Source: an uncultured Akkermansia sp.
GTDB taxonomy: Bacteria; Verrucomicrobiota; Verrucomicrobiia; Verrucomicrobiales; Akkermansiaceae
Length of the DNA: 64,000 nucleotides
Assembly: GCA_904501955.1 (NCBI GenBank)
Contig: CAJGCY010000001.1
Location: forward strand, 7,914 to 71,913
Direction: 5' to 3'
The notes below the pieces were generated by a model. That model was not told the DNA's origin, made no database searches, and saw only the letters and a list, made by a program, of their open reading frames with translations. Shown one piece after another: positions 33,216-42,055 of this stretch. A program made the position numbers and the translations under genes. Numbering within the stretch: position 1 is the stretch's first letter; every line of letters begins with the position of its first letter.

Positions 33216-35358
33216 AAAAACATCACCGGAACGCGAATTAAGGCGCTTGGCAATAGCCGGGCGTTGGGATGACGTGCGGGAGCTGCTGCAAGCACGGGTG
33301 GCGTATGATGCAACTGACACCGAGGCAAAGGAGGAATTATCGCGCCTTGAACGCGGCCTGCCGCTTAAAGCCATGATGAATGCAGCAGAGCGCCGTGCAG
33401 CGGCGGCGCAAGATGCCACGCGCGCCCTCACGGATTTCATGGCACAGTTGCCCTTTGCGGAGTTAAAAAAACTCAGCAAAAGCGAATTGCCGGAGGTGAG
33501 CCAAGCGTGGGATGCGTTGAGCAACACCTACCTGCGCTACCACAAGAAACTCACCCCGGAGATGACCGCTTACGGCCGGGAAATCAAATCACGTCGCAAA
33601 AAATACCGTGGCTTCATGCTCAATAAAGCCACCAAAATCGCATGCATCGCCGCGACAGCAATGGTGTTGGGTATCGGGGTGAATTATTTTCTGAAAGCCG
33701 ACGCCGAGCGCGAATGTGAGGCGTTTTCCGCTGCACTCCAACATCAAGACCTTACGCAGGTGCTAGAGCTGAAAGACAAGGTCAACAGCGGACTGAACCA
33801 CTTCTATTGCCCAGAGTTACAGTCTTTGCTGCACCGTGCGGATACGTGGATTTTTTCATTGCAAACAGCATACCGCAGTGTGGAAACGGACATCCGACGT
33901 ATCGAAAAAGGGCTCATCTCCGTCGCGGATATGGGGCTACAGGGGCAAGTTGCGCTCGAAGCCCGCATACAAGCCTTGCGCCTCGGTAAAGATGAATTAA
34001 ACCAACGATGGAAGGCTCTGTGCCGGAAAGAACGCCATGCACTTGCTCAACAGAAAGAACGCGTGTTACAGGCGGTGCATGCCCCCCTGCCCGCGCAACC
34101 GGAGCACACCGGGGATCCCCGGCAGGATTACGATGCCTTTAACCGATATAGCGCCCTGTTAGAAAAGCGATTAATGGAGGCTACGCTTGCAAACAAAGCG
34201 TACCACATCTCACAATCAGCCCTCGGCAACATAGAGAAAGCTTGCCGGCAGGCTCGGCAACTCTGCAGCGATACACACGATTTTAAGCGCATTACGGATA
34301 AATTGAAGAAATGCCGTAATTATGATGAGTTCCTTGAACTCATCAACGGCTTTTCTCCTGAGCTGTACAAACCTGCGCTAGAGTTAGCCTCTATCAAAAA
34401 TGAGCTCCCGACTGCGGAAGATATAGCGCACCGCATCATGGACCCGGATGGCGCCTTTTCCCGCGAGCTACTGGCAGCGGCGCGGAAAACGCTGGTGGAG
34501 GGTGCTCCCACCTTCAGTCAAGCTTACCCGGCAACGAATGACCAGGTGGTGCTTATGGAAGACATGTTCACCGCGCCCTCTTTGCGGAATAAGGTATACG
34601 GCATTATTCTGCCGGACGGTAACATGTGGTTCAGCACGAAGAAACCGTATGTAGACAAAACGAACTTCCTCATTTTCCAACGCAGCAGCATCGACCCCAA
34701 TTATTCCGTGATGGATAACCGCGTGGAATTGCAGAATGACGGTAGCATCAAATTAACGGAGTATGATGCAACGGGTATCATGAAAATCGGCGATTTTGAA
34801 AAAAACAACTTTTTCAATCACGCGCATCTCACAAGATTGCTGACAGCCACCCTCAACTATGAGGACAGAAAAACACCGGCACTCGCACAAGCTTACATAT
34901 ACTACACCTTGATACGGCTCGCACATGAGCACCGGCACATGTTGCTGAGTGGCGCCAGATTCTCTCCCTCACTGAAAGCACATGCTGACTCTTTTTCTCA
35001 TCTGCTCAAAAAGCAAAACATCACCTTGGAACCCGGGTGTTGGTTGTCAGCATCTGCTGAGGTAAAGGCTGCGGAAAAAGCCTTTGAGGCATGGTTCAGA
35101 GAGCACCGTGGTGCAAACTATGAGCAAGAAGCAGCAGCGCACTTCCGAGAGCGTTTCGATGCTTCCTCTCGTTACGCCGGCTATATTAACGCCCATGGAA
35201 AATTCGTAGCACGCAAAAGCACCCGCGATGCGGACTACCTTTGGTTCATCTCGGATGATGGGCTGGCACGCACACCGGCGCAGGAACCGGATTTCTCTCC
35301 GGCTCACAAGTGGAGCCCGGTCTTCACGGAAAATAGGAACAAGGCCATAGATAAATGA
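33202..35358 (+). CDS. Single-TM helical/coiled-coil protein of the GTPase locus
   Basis: 718 aa; overlaps the upstream gene; basic patch followed by TM IACIAATAMVLGIGVNYFL; large helical C-terminal region. Confidence 0.75.
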   Translation: MPTPKKTSPERELRRLAIAGRWDDVRELLQARVAYDATDTEAKEELSRLERGLPLKAMMNAAERRAAAAQDATRALTDFMAQLPFAELKKLSKSELPEVSQAWDALSNTYLRYHKKLTPEMTAYGREIKSRRKKYRGFMLNKATKIACIAATAMVLGIGVNYFLKADAERECEAFSAALQHQDLTQVLELKDKVNSGLNHFYCPELQSLLHRADTWIFSLQTAYRSVETDIRRIEKGLISVADMGLQGQVALEARIQALRLGKDELNQRWKALCRKERHALAQQKERVLQAVHAPLPAQPEHTGDPRQDYDAFNRYSALLEKRLMEATLANKAYHISQSALGNIEKACRQARQLCSDTHDFKRITDKLKKCRNYDEFLELINGFSPELYKPALELASIKNELPTAEDIAHRIMDPDGAFSRELLAAARKTLVEGAPTFSQAYPATNDQVVLMEDMFTAPSLRNKVYGIILPDGNMWFSTKKPYVDKTNFLIFQRSSIDPNYSVMDNRVELQNDGSIKLTEYDATGIMKIGDFEKNNFFNHAHLTRLLTATLNYEDRKTPALAQAYIYYTLIRLAHEHRHMLLSGARFSPSLKAHADSFSHLLKKQNITLEPGCWLSASAEVKAAEKAFEAWFREHRGANYEQEAAAHFRERFDASSRYAGYINAHGKFVARKSTRDADYLWFISDDGLARTPAQEPDFSPAHKWSPVFTENRNKAIDK

Positions 35359-35846
35359 AAATTGCGCTCTTATCAGATGTGCATGACCGCACCGATAATC
35401 TGCTGGCCGCCCTCTGCCTCGCGGAAGAGCACGGCTGTGCCCGCTTGCTGTACCTGGGTGATATAGTGGAGCTGAGCACGTTCAGCTTATTGGTGGAAGA
35501 GTGGACGTACCCGCTGGATGTCGTCTTCGGTAACAATGAAATTGACCGCCGTAGTTTTTTCCGCAAGGCGGAAGCCCTCCCCCATGTCACACACCACGGC
35601 GATGAAGCCTCCGTACACATAGAGCAGCGCCTCATTTATTTCTCTCATTACCCTTGGGCTGCGATGAAAGCGGCGGAATCCGGGCGCTATGATGCAGTGT
35701 TCTACGGGCACACTCACGCACGCCACCGCCAACTGATAGCTCATACTCTACTGGTAAATCCCGGTGAAGTAGGGGGTGTGCGACTGTCCGCAAGCTTCGC
35801 AATCTACGACACGGATGATAATTCCGTTGAGTTTATCCATTTATAA
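35355..35846 (+). CDS. YfcE-type metallophosphoesterase
   Basis: Motifs SDVH, LGD, GNNE, GHTH, VNPG; ATGA overlap with the previous gene. Confidence 0.92.
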   Translation: MKIALLSDVHDRTDNLLAALCLAEEHGCARLLYLGDIVELSTFSLLVEEWTYPLDVVFGNNEIDRRSFFRKAEALPHVTHHGDEASVHIEQRLIYFSHYPWAAMKAAESGRYDAVFYGHTHARHRQLIAHTLLVNPGEVGGVRLSASFAIYDTDDNSVEFIHL

Positions 35847-35858
35847 CAAGCGCTTTCC

Positions 35859-36449
35859 ATGGAATACCTGTGCTATAATTTAGATAAACTACCGCTCATG
35901 GGTGAAGGTGAGCACCTACTTACGGAAGCGGAGTCAGAGCGCTACGGCAACCGCCCGACATACGCCAAAACAGCCAGAATTCTCCTCAAACAGGAATTGG
36001 AACGCCGTACCGGCATCCCGGCGCAGCGCATCGAACTGCGCTACAACGAACACGGCAAACCCTATTATCCGGGCATCTTCTTCAACATCAGTCACTCCGC
36101 CAACATGCTGTGCATGGCCTTCCATCAAGCCGATATAGGGGTGGATATACAGAAAAAGCGCCCCAGCGCACGCCGTGAAGAGCTGGCAAAGCGCATCATG
36201 TGCGAAGAGCAATTGCGCGCATTCATCAACCAGGGCTGCCCTGAAGAGGCCTTTTTCGAATGCTGGTGCATCGCGGAAGCGCTGGTCAAGCACGCAGGTG
36301 CCACTATATGGCAAGCGCCGGACTTTCCCTTTATTCTGCACCCCACACATGTAGAATTGTTACGTGATAACACGCTGACGGTCGAGCGATTCCGCCCGGC
36401 AAGCGACTTCTACGGTGCCGTTGCATACACAAATACAGCTTGCACATAA
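35859..36449 (+). CDS. Sfp-type 4'-phosphopantetheinyl transferase
   Basis: Motifs HGKP, FNISHS, IGVDIQ, WxxxEAxxK. Confidence 0.88.
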   Translation: MEYLCYNLDKLPLMGEGEHLLTEAESERYGNRPTYAKTARILLKQELERRTGIPAQRIELRYNEHGKPYYPGIFFNISHSANMLCMAFHQADIGVDIQKKRPSARREELAKRIMCEEQLRAFINQGCPEEAFFECWCIAEALVKHAGATIWQAPDFPFILHPTHVELLRDNTLTVERFRPASDFYGAVAYTNTACT

Positions 36450-36482
36450 GCCACCGAAGCTATACAATACGCCCCGGCATAT

Positions 36483-37358
36483 ATGATTCAGGAACTCATA
36501 GAGAAACCGCTTTACATACAGATAAACTTCGGATTACTCGCCGGCAGTGCGCTTTTCATCGTCGTGCTGACGCTTGTTCAGTGCTTCCGGAGGTCAGTAT
36601 GCGGAGCAGGCTGCTCCCCCTCGATGTGGAAACTGCCGGAAGTGCCCATATTCCGTGGCAGCAATTTCCCCATAGCGGCGGATTATGCATTGATGCTGTT
36701 TTATGTGCTGATTTCCGCGCTGTTTATCGGCTCCTCCTGTTTGCAACTGGACGCTGCAGCGCCTGCGGAAGCTGCCGGTGAGCAGCAAGTGGACCTCATC
36801 ACCGTTTGGCTCAATGTGATTTTCAACTTTGCGATGTATTTGCCGCTCATCATTCGCTATGCCATCATCTCAAAGTTTCGCTGCGACATCAGGTTCTCTT
36901 CTCTGGCTAAGACCATCCTTGCTCTGGGTATCATTTACACGCTCAACATCGCCCTCAATTGCTGCGGTGTGCTGAAATGGATTGCCGAGGCCACCGGCTC
37001 GCCGGAAACTCAGCATGCCATTCAACAAATTACCCAAGAATCCGGCTCCGCTGCCTCAATCCTCCCCCTCATCGTCAGCGCCGTCATCGTTGCCCCCATC
37101 GTGGAAGAAATCTTTTTCCGTGGCTTTATATACAACCTCCTCAAAAAGCTTACCGTGATTCCGGTGGCGGCCATAGCCTCCGGCATCTTCTTCGGCGCAG
37201 TGCATATTTCCCTGGTCCAGTGCACCGTATTGAGCATTTTCGGTATTGTTCAATGCTTCCTTTACGAGCATACTCGCTCCATATTGTATCCCATCTTACT
37301 GCACATGATATTCAACGGGCTGGCCATGACAGCACTCTTCCTGTTGCAACTATCTTAA
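36483..37358 (+). CDS. CPBP (CAAX/Abi) family intramembrane metalloprotease
   Basis: Motifs APIVEEIFFRG, FGAVH, LLHMIFN; multi-TM. Confidence 0.9.
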   Translation: MIQELIEKPLYIQINFGLLAGSALFIVVLTLVQCFRRSVCGAGCSPSMWKLPEVPIFRGSNFPIAADYALMLFYVLISALFIGSSCLQLDAAAPAEAAGEQQVDLITVWLNVIFNFAMYLPLIIRYAIISKFRCDIRFSSLAKTILALGIIYTLNIALNCCGVLKWIAEATGSPETQHAIQQITQESGSAASILPLIVSAVIVAPIVEEIFFRGFIYNLLKKLTVIPVAAIASGIFFGAVHISLVQCTVLSIFGIVQCFLYEHTRSILYPILLHMIFNGLAMTALFLLQLS

Positions 37359-37379
37359 TCCCCCGCCACCTCTCTCCTC

Positions 37380-38267
37380 ATGCCTGTCTCTCTGCGTTCT
37401 TTGGGCGAAAATGCCGTCCTGCAGCGGCTGATTGCCACCCTGCACCCCGCCTGTCCCATGACAGTCGGTCCCGGGGATGATTGCGCCGTTGTGCCTCGTG
37501 ATGCAGAGTGGGACACCTTGCTGAAAACCGATGTGGTGGTGGAGGGCATCCACTTCACCCGCGACACACAGCCCGAGCTCATCGGCAGGAAGGCACTCGC
37601 GCGTGCCGTGTCTGACATCGCCGCTATGGGCGGTTTGCCGGAGCACGCCCTCATCACCCTGCTCATCCACCCCGAGCGCGATATAGCGCAAGCTGAGGGG
37701 ATTTACAGGGGGATTTCCGCCTTGGCTGCGCAGTTCGGCATTTCCATCGCCGGCGGGGAAACCTCCTCCTTGCCCTATGACGGCCTCGCGATTAACGTAG
37801 CACTCACCGGTAAAGTCGAGCGCGGGAGGGCAATCCTGCGCTCCGGTGGCAAGCCCGGGGATGTCATCTGTGTATCGGGCCCCTTGGGCGGCTCCTATCC
37901 CGGCACAGGGCACCTGACCTTCACCCCCCGTGTCGAGCTGGCACGTCACCTCATGCTGCACGGGCCACGCCCCACTGCGATGATGGACCTCTCTGACGGC
38001 TTAGCGGTCGATTTGCCACGCATGGCTGCAGCCTCTTCTTGCGCGTTCAGGGTGGACCCGAACGCCATCCCCTGCAATCCCGGGTGCTCTGTAGAACAGG
38101 CTCTTTCCGACGGAGAAGATTACGAATTACTGCTCACCCTGTCCCCTGCTACTGCTGAATCACTTTGCCGAGACAGCGAGCTTCCCCTGTACCCCATCGG
38201 GACCCTTTGCCCCCCGACTGATGAAAGCTCCCACCTCTCCGGAGGCTGGCAGCACTTCATCGCTTAA
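37380..38267 (+). CDS. thiL: Thiamine-monophosphate kinase
   Basis: Motifs GPGDDCA, VEGIHF, SDIAAMGG, GGET, MDLSDGL, GEDYELL. Confidence 0.96.
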   Translation: MPVSLRSLGENAVLQRLIATLHPACPMTVGPGDDCAVVPRDAEWDTLLKTDVVVEGIHFTRDTQPELIGRKALARAVSDIAAMGGLPEHALITLLIHPERDIAQAEGIYRGISALAAQFGISIAGGETSSLPYDGLAINVALTGKVERGRAILRSGGKPGDVICVSGPLGGSYPGTGHLTFTPRVELARHLMLHGPRPTAMMDLSDGLAVDLPRMAAASSCAFRVDPNAIPCNPGCSVEQALSDGEDYELLLTLSPATAESLCRDSELPLYPIGTLCPPTDESSHLSGGWQHFIA

Positions 38268-38632
38268 GCCTTGATTTTTCAAACTTATAGGCATAGCCTT
38301 TTCTAACAAAATTGCGTTCATGCGCTTTGTTTTCAAATTAGTTAACTTGTTGCGTTTTAATATATTACAGCCACCGTTTTTCTTGTTCCACAGATGCCCA
38401 CCTTAAGAATCCGAAGTCGAATATAATTATCAAGAAATCCTAACTAAAGAAATGACTGTGACACATTTTTTTCAATCGCGTGGAACTCCCATGGAACAAA
38501 AGATGCAGCGCCTCCGAAAAAGACCAAGAAAGAAAAAAGCTTTTTTTTAACCCGAAGTCATGGCATATTTCCTCCCGCAACACAGACCGGCACCTAAAGC
38601 CGAAAACGAATAGAAAACAGAAAAAACAGCAA

Positions 38633-40030
38633 ATGAATCACAGGGAAAAGGAGGACAGGATATGGGCGGAGATCGTGGAGGATCTTCGCACGAGGGTTGC
38701 GAAGGAGGGTGTGGAGAAATTCATCTTGCCGCTGAAGCTTCGCCAAGACACCGGGACCAAATTGATTATCGAGCACCCGGCGGATATTTTCGTGGCATGG
38801 CTGGAGACTTACTATATACCGGAGATTAAGCTGTCCGCCGTGAAAGTGCTGGACGGAGCGCGCGAGATAGAATGCATCGCCGCTGATGAGCAAGCCGAAC
38901 AGGTAGTAGCAGAGCCCTGCCCCGCCCCGATGGTCAAAAAGGCCATTTATGAGGAGACCGGCAAAAGCAAGCCGCAAAAGAAGCGTAAGACCACCTACAG
39001 CACAGGACTCAACGCGGATTACAATTTCGACAACTTCGTCGTTGGCTCTAACAGCAAGTTTGCCGTCGCTGCGGCTCAGGCTGTCGTAAATGCCCCCAGC
39101 AGCATCTACAACCCGCTCTTCATTCACGGTGCATCCGGCTTGGGCAAAACCCACCTGCTGAGTGCCATCGGCAATGCCATCACCCAAAAGCACGAGAATC
39201 GCAAGGTGCTGTACGTGACGAGTGAGGACTTCACCAACGCGTACATCGACGCTATTTCCCACAAGGGTGACGCTCTGAAGAACTTCCGCGCCAAATATCG
39301 CCAGGCGGATGTGCTCATCATTGATGACGTACAGTTCCTTTCTCAGAAGGACAAAACTCAAGACGAGTTCTTCCATACATTCAACGCGCTTTTCAACAGT
39401 GGCAAGCAGATTATCCTCGCAGCAGATTGCCCGGCAACGAACATCTCCCGCATGGATGACCGCCTCACTTCCCGCTTTGAGCAAGGCCTCACCGTTGAGC
39501 TCCAGGCTCCGGATTTGGAGACCCGCATCGCCATTCTGCGCAACAAGCGCCGTGCTTGGAAGAGCGAGCTCGTAGGTGATGATGTGCTGGAGTACCTCGC
39601 CAAGAACATCACCCGCTCCGTGCGCCGCCTGGAGGGTGCCCTCCTTCGCCTGGCCACCGTTGCTTCTTTCTCTCACAAGAGCCCCACCATTGTGGATGCT
39701 CGTCTGCACCTCAAGGACCTCCTGCAGGGCGACAAGAACACGAGCGATGTGAGCATCTCCGACATCCAGAGATGTGTCGCGGAGGAATTCCATATCAAAA
39801 TATCTGACCTGAACGGTCGCCGCCGTACGGCCAACATTGCTCACCCCCGCCAGGTTGCCATGTACCTTGCCCGCAAGCATACGCAGTGCTCCCTCCAAGA
39901 CATCGGCGCGGCATTCGGCGGCCGTGACCACGGCACCGTCATTCACGCAGCCAAAACCATCGAGGAAAAACTCCAATGTGACCCCGAGCTGAACGAAATC
40001 GTGAACAGACTCGCTCATTCTTTCGCCTAA
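38633..40030 (+). CDS. dnaA: Chromosomal replication initiator DnaA
   Basis: Motifs FDNFVVG, YNPLFIHGASGLGKTHL, DDVQF, QDEFFHTFN, RQVAMYL, GGRDHGTV; start placed at MNHREK. Confidence 0.97.
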   Translation: MNHREKEDRIWAEIVEDLRTRVAKEGVEKFILPLKLRQDTGTKLIIEHPADIFVAWLETYYIPEIKLSAVKVLDGAREIECIAADEQAEQVVAEPCPAPMVKKAIYEETGKSKPQKKRKTTYSTGLNADYNFDNFVVGSNSKFAVAAAQAVVNAPSSIYNPLFIHGASGLGKTHLLSAIGNAITQKHENRKVLYVTSEDFTNAYIDAISHKGDALKNFRAKYRQADVLIIDDVQFLSQKDKTQDEFFHTFNALFNSGKQIILAADCPATNISRMDDRLTSRFEQGLTVELQAPDLETRIAILRNKRRAWKSELVGDDVLEYLAKNITRSVRRLEGALLRLATVASFSHKSPTIVDARLHLKDLLQGDKNTSDVSISDIQRCVAEEFHIKISDLNGRRRTANIAHPRQVAMYLARKHTQCSLQDIGAAFGGRDHGTVIHAAKTIEEKLQCDPELNEIVNRLAHSFA

Positions 40031-40059
40031 AAATCAGTTTTTTGTATTACAAAACGCAG

Positions 40060-40097
40060 AATGCCACCTTTTCCTATCAAAAAAGGTGGCGTTTTTG
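40060..40097 (+). terminator. Intrinsic terminator after dnaA
   Basis: GCCACCTTTT / AAAAGGTGGC stem followed by GTTTTT. Confidence 0.8.
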
Positions 40098-40140
40098 CTT
40101 GACCTCATTCCTCATATTTGCTATTTTATAGCCACGAGTT

Positions 40141-40575
40141 ATGTTAAAGATATCCACAAAAGGTCGATATGCATTGCGAATCATGCTTGATCTCGCACGC
40201 CACACCGAAGACGGGCCCGTATCTCTGAGAACGGTAGCAGAGCGACAGAAAATCACCCTCAAGTACATGGAGAGCATCATGTCGCTCCTTCTCCGTGAGG
40301 AATTAGTCATCAGCACGCGCGGCAAATCCGGTGGTTATAAGCTGACCCGCAAAGTGGAGAATTACACTGTTTACGAGATTCTGCGCGCAGCAGAGGGCAA
40401 CTTAGCTCCCGTGCAATGCTTGGCCGTATCGGAAAACGATTGCCCGATGCACCACAAATGCCCCACCCTGCCCATGTGGGTCGGCTTGGAGAAGATTGTG
40501 CGTGAGTATCTGGAGTCTTACACGCTGGACAAATTGAGTGATTCGGAGAATCCGCATCCGCTGTGCAATGAATAA
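40141..40575 (+). CDS. Rrf2-family transcriptional regulator with three C-terminal Cys
   Basis: Motifs STKGRYALR, RGKSGGY, and C-x7-C-x5-C. Confidence 0.92.
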   Translation: MLKISTKGRYALRIMLDLARHTEDGPVSLRTVAERQKITLKYMESIMSLLLREELVISTRGKSGGYKLTRKVENYTVYEILRAAEGNLAPVQCLAVSENDCPMHHKCPTLPMWVGLEKIVREYLESYTLDKLSDSENPHPLCNE

Positions 40576-40608
40576 CGCACGCCACGTCCGGCAAATCTTT
40601 CACAGCAC

Positions 40609-40646
40609 CACCCCCGATGTTCAGGAAACTCGGGGGTGTGTTTTTT
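40609..40646 (+). terminator. Terminator between convergent rrf2 and tatA
   Basis: CACCCCCGA / TCGGGGGTG stem, then TGTTTTTT. Confidence 0.7.
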
Positions 40647-40884
40647 ATGCGGACTTCTCGGCGTCGTCTTTCTTTTCCTCTGAAGAGGAGGCGTTTTCCA
40701 ACTCTTTTTCCGCCTTTTTCAGCTCATTTTCAAACTCACGGCGAGCCTTCTTGAACTCCCCCATTCCCTTGCCGAGGTTGCGGGCAATTTCAGGAAGCTT
40801 CTTTGCGCCGAAAACTATCAATGCCACCGCAAAGAGAATGAACCAATGCGTCGGTGAGCCAAGATATGCTAAGTGCGGTGTCAT
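40645..40884 (-). CDS. tatA: Twin-arginine translocase TatA
   Basis: TM followed by FGAKKLPEIARNLGKGMGEFKKA. Confidence 0.93.
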   Translation of the reverse strand: MTPHLAYLGSPTHWFILFAVALIVFGAKKLPEIARNLGKGMGEFKKARREFENELKKAEKELENASSSEEKKDDAEKSA

Positions 40885-41005
40885 GAGCCTATATTACCAC
40901 CCTACAAGGCTGCATGGCAAGCAAAATGTGCGCTCTACGGGTGCACACCGTGCGTTGACTCGATTTTTGATTGCAATTTTGCCTGAACCGGGTAGAATGG
41001 ACGGC

Positions 41006-42055
41006 GTGAAATTAACTCGGCTCAAAATCTTTTCTCTGAAACTGGCGCTCTACACCGGCGGGCTCCTCTACATCGCGCTGGATTTCTTTGCTTTTCAGGG
41101 GCCTCTTTGGCATTTGCTGCATGAGAGAAACAGCGAGCAACCGGCAGATGGCACGCCGGTAGCTCTGAATGTATACGGCACGCGCTTCACGGATGCGCAA
41201 GTGCAACGCCACGCTGCTGAGCTGGCTACCCTGCGGGGCGAAACTCCGGCGGAGGCTCACCGCGCAGCTGCGGTGTCGGACCTGATTCGGAATGCCTTGC
41301 TTTGCATGCGTGCCCGTTATAATGACACGCGCATACCGGACTTCAAGGAAGAAGCTGCGCGCGAGGTAGAGCGTCTCGCCACCCGAGCCTTTGAGCCGGA
41401 GCACTTCGAGCAATGGTTGAAGAGCCAGGGCTACTCAAGGGCTGAGTTCACGGACAGATTAACCGCCATCATGCGTGAGCTGTACTATCTGGAAACCACC
41501 ATCGCCCCGAATTGCGAGGTAACGGATGCCGAGGTGCGCTCGATGATGAGCCAGCTGGAGTATTACCTCGTCAAGCCCACACGCCGCCACGTGCGCCACA
41601 TCTTCTTCGAAACGCTGCACAAAGACGCTGCTGAGGTGAAGGCTCGTGCAGAGGCCGTGCTGGCGCAATTACAGGCAGCAAGCACCCCGGAAGAGCAGGC
41701 GCAAAAGTTTGCGGAGCTGGCAAAAGCCCATAGCGAGGACTTGTACAGTGCCCCGCGCGGTGGTGACCTCGGCACAGTTGGCGTGTATCCGGAACCGGCG
41801 CTGAAGGATATTCACCTGTTCGGTGACAAGGCACTGCCTGCCCATACACCCGTCATGGTAGAGAGTCGCTGGGGGTGGCACATCTTCCTGTTAGGCGAGA
41901 TTCAGGAGCCGGAGCAACTCACCACTGAAGAGTGCTACGAAAGCGTGCGCACCGCCATCATCTATCACAAGAAGCTCAATGCAGTGGAGGCTTGGATTCA
42001 AGCCAACATCAAGGAAGCGCAAGATAAGAATCGCATTCAACAATATGGAAACTGA
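41006..42055 (+). CDS. Parvulin/SurA-like peptidyl-prolyl isomerase
   Basis: Motifs VRHIFF, FAELAKAHSED, GGDLG, ESRWGWHI; N-terminal TM. Start placed at the GTG 7 nt after TAGAAT; the ORF-track 5' extension overlaps tatA. Confidence 0.85.
   Translation: MKLTRLKIFSLKLALYTGGLLYIALDFFAFQGPLWHLLHERNSEQPADGTPVALNVYGTRFTDAQVQRHAAELATLRGETPAEAHRAAAVSDLIRNALLCMRARYNDTRIPDFKEEAAREVERLATRAFEPEHFEQWLKSQGYSRAEFTDRLTAIMRELYYLETTIAPNCEVTDAEVRSMMSQLEYYLVKPTRRHVRHIFFETLHKDAAEVKARAEAVLAQLQAASTPEEQAQKFAELAKAHSEDLYSAPRGGDLGTVGVYPEPALKDIHLFGDKALPAHTPVMVESRWGWHIFLLGEIQEPEQLTTEECYESVRTAIIYHKKLNAVEAWIQANIKEAQDKNRIQQYGN

Noticed and set aside
38289..38304. Possible sigma-54 promoter AGGCATAGCCTTTTCT upstream of dnaA
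   Set aside because: Lacks the conserved -12 GC; too weak to call.
30015..38469. Identical 12-mer GTGACACATTTT upstream of the GTPase locus (30015-30026) and dnaA (38458-38469)
   Set aside because: About one such match is expected by chance among a few kb of AT-rich intergenic DNA; it is not palindromic and no third exact copy was seen.
38472..38499. parS-like site (CGTGGAAC half-sites) near dnaA
   Set aside because: Only half-sites; no 16-bp palindrome.
38594..40018. 474-aa antisense ORF over dnaA (similar ones at 5367-6818, 25625-26725, 28105-29304, 52903-54531)
   Set aside because: Shadow ORFs opposite well-supported genes, explained by codon bias; no recognisable motifs.
40538..41005. 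Long N-terminal extension of the parvulin ORF in the ORF track
   Set aside because: It overlaps rrf2 and antisense tatA; a promoter and GTG at 41006 give a better start.
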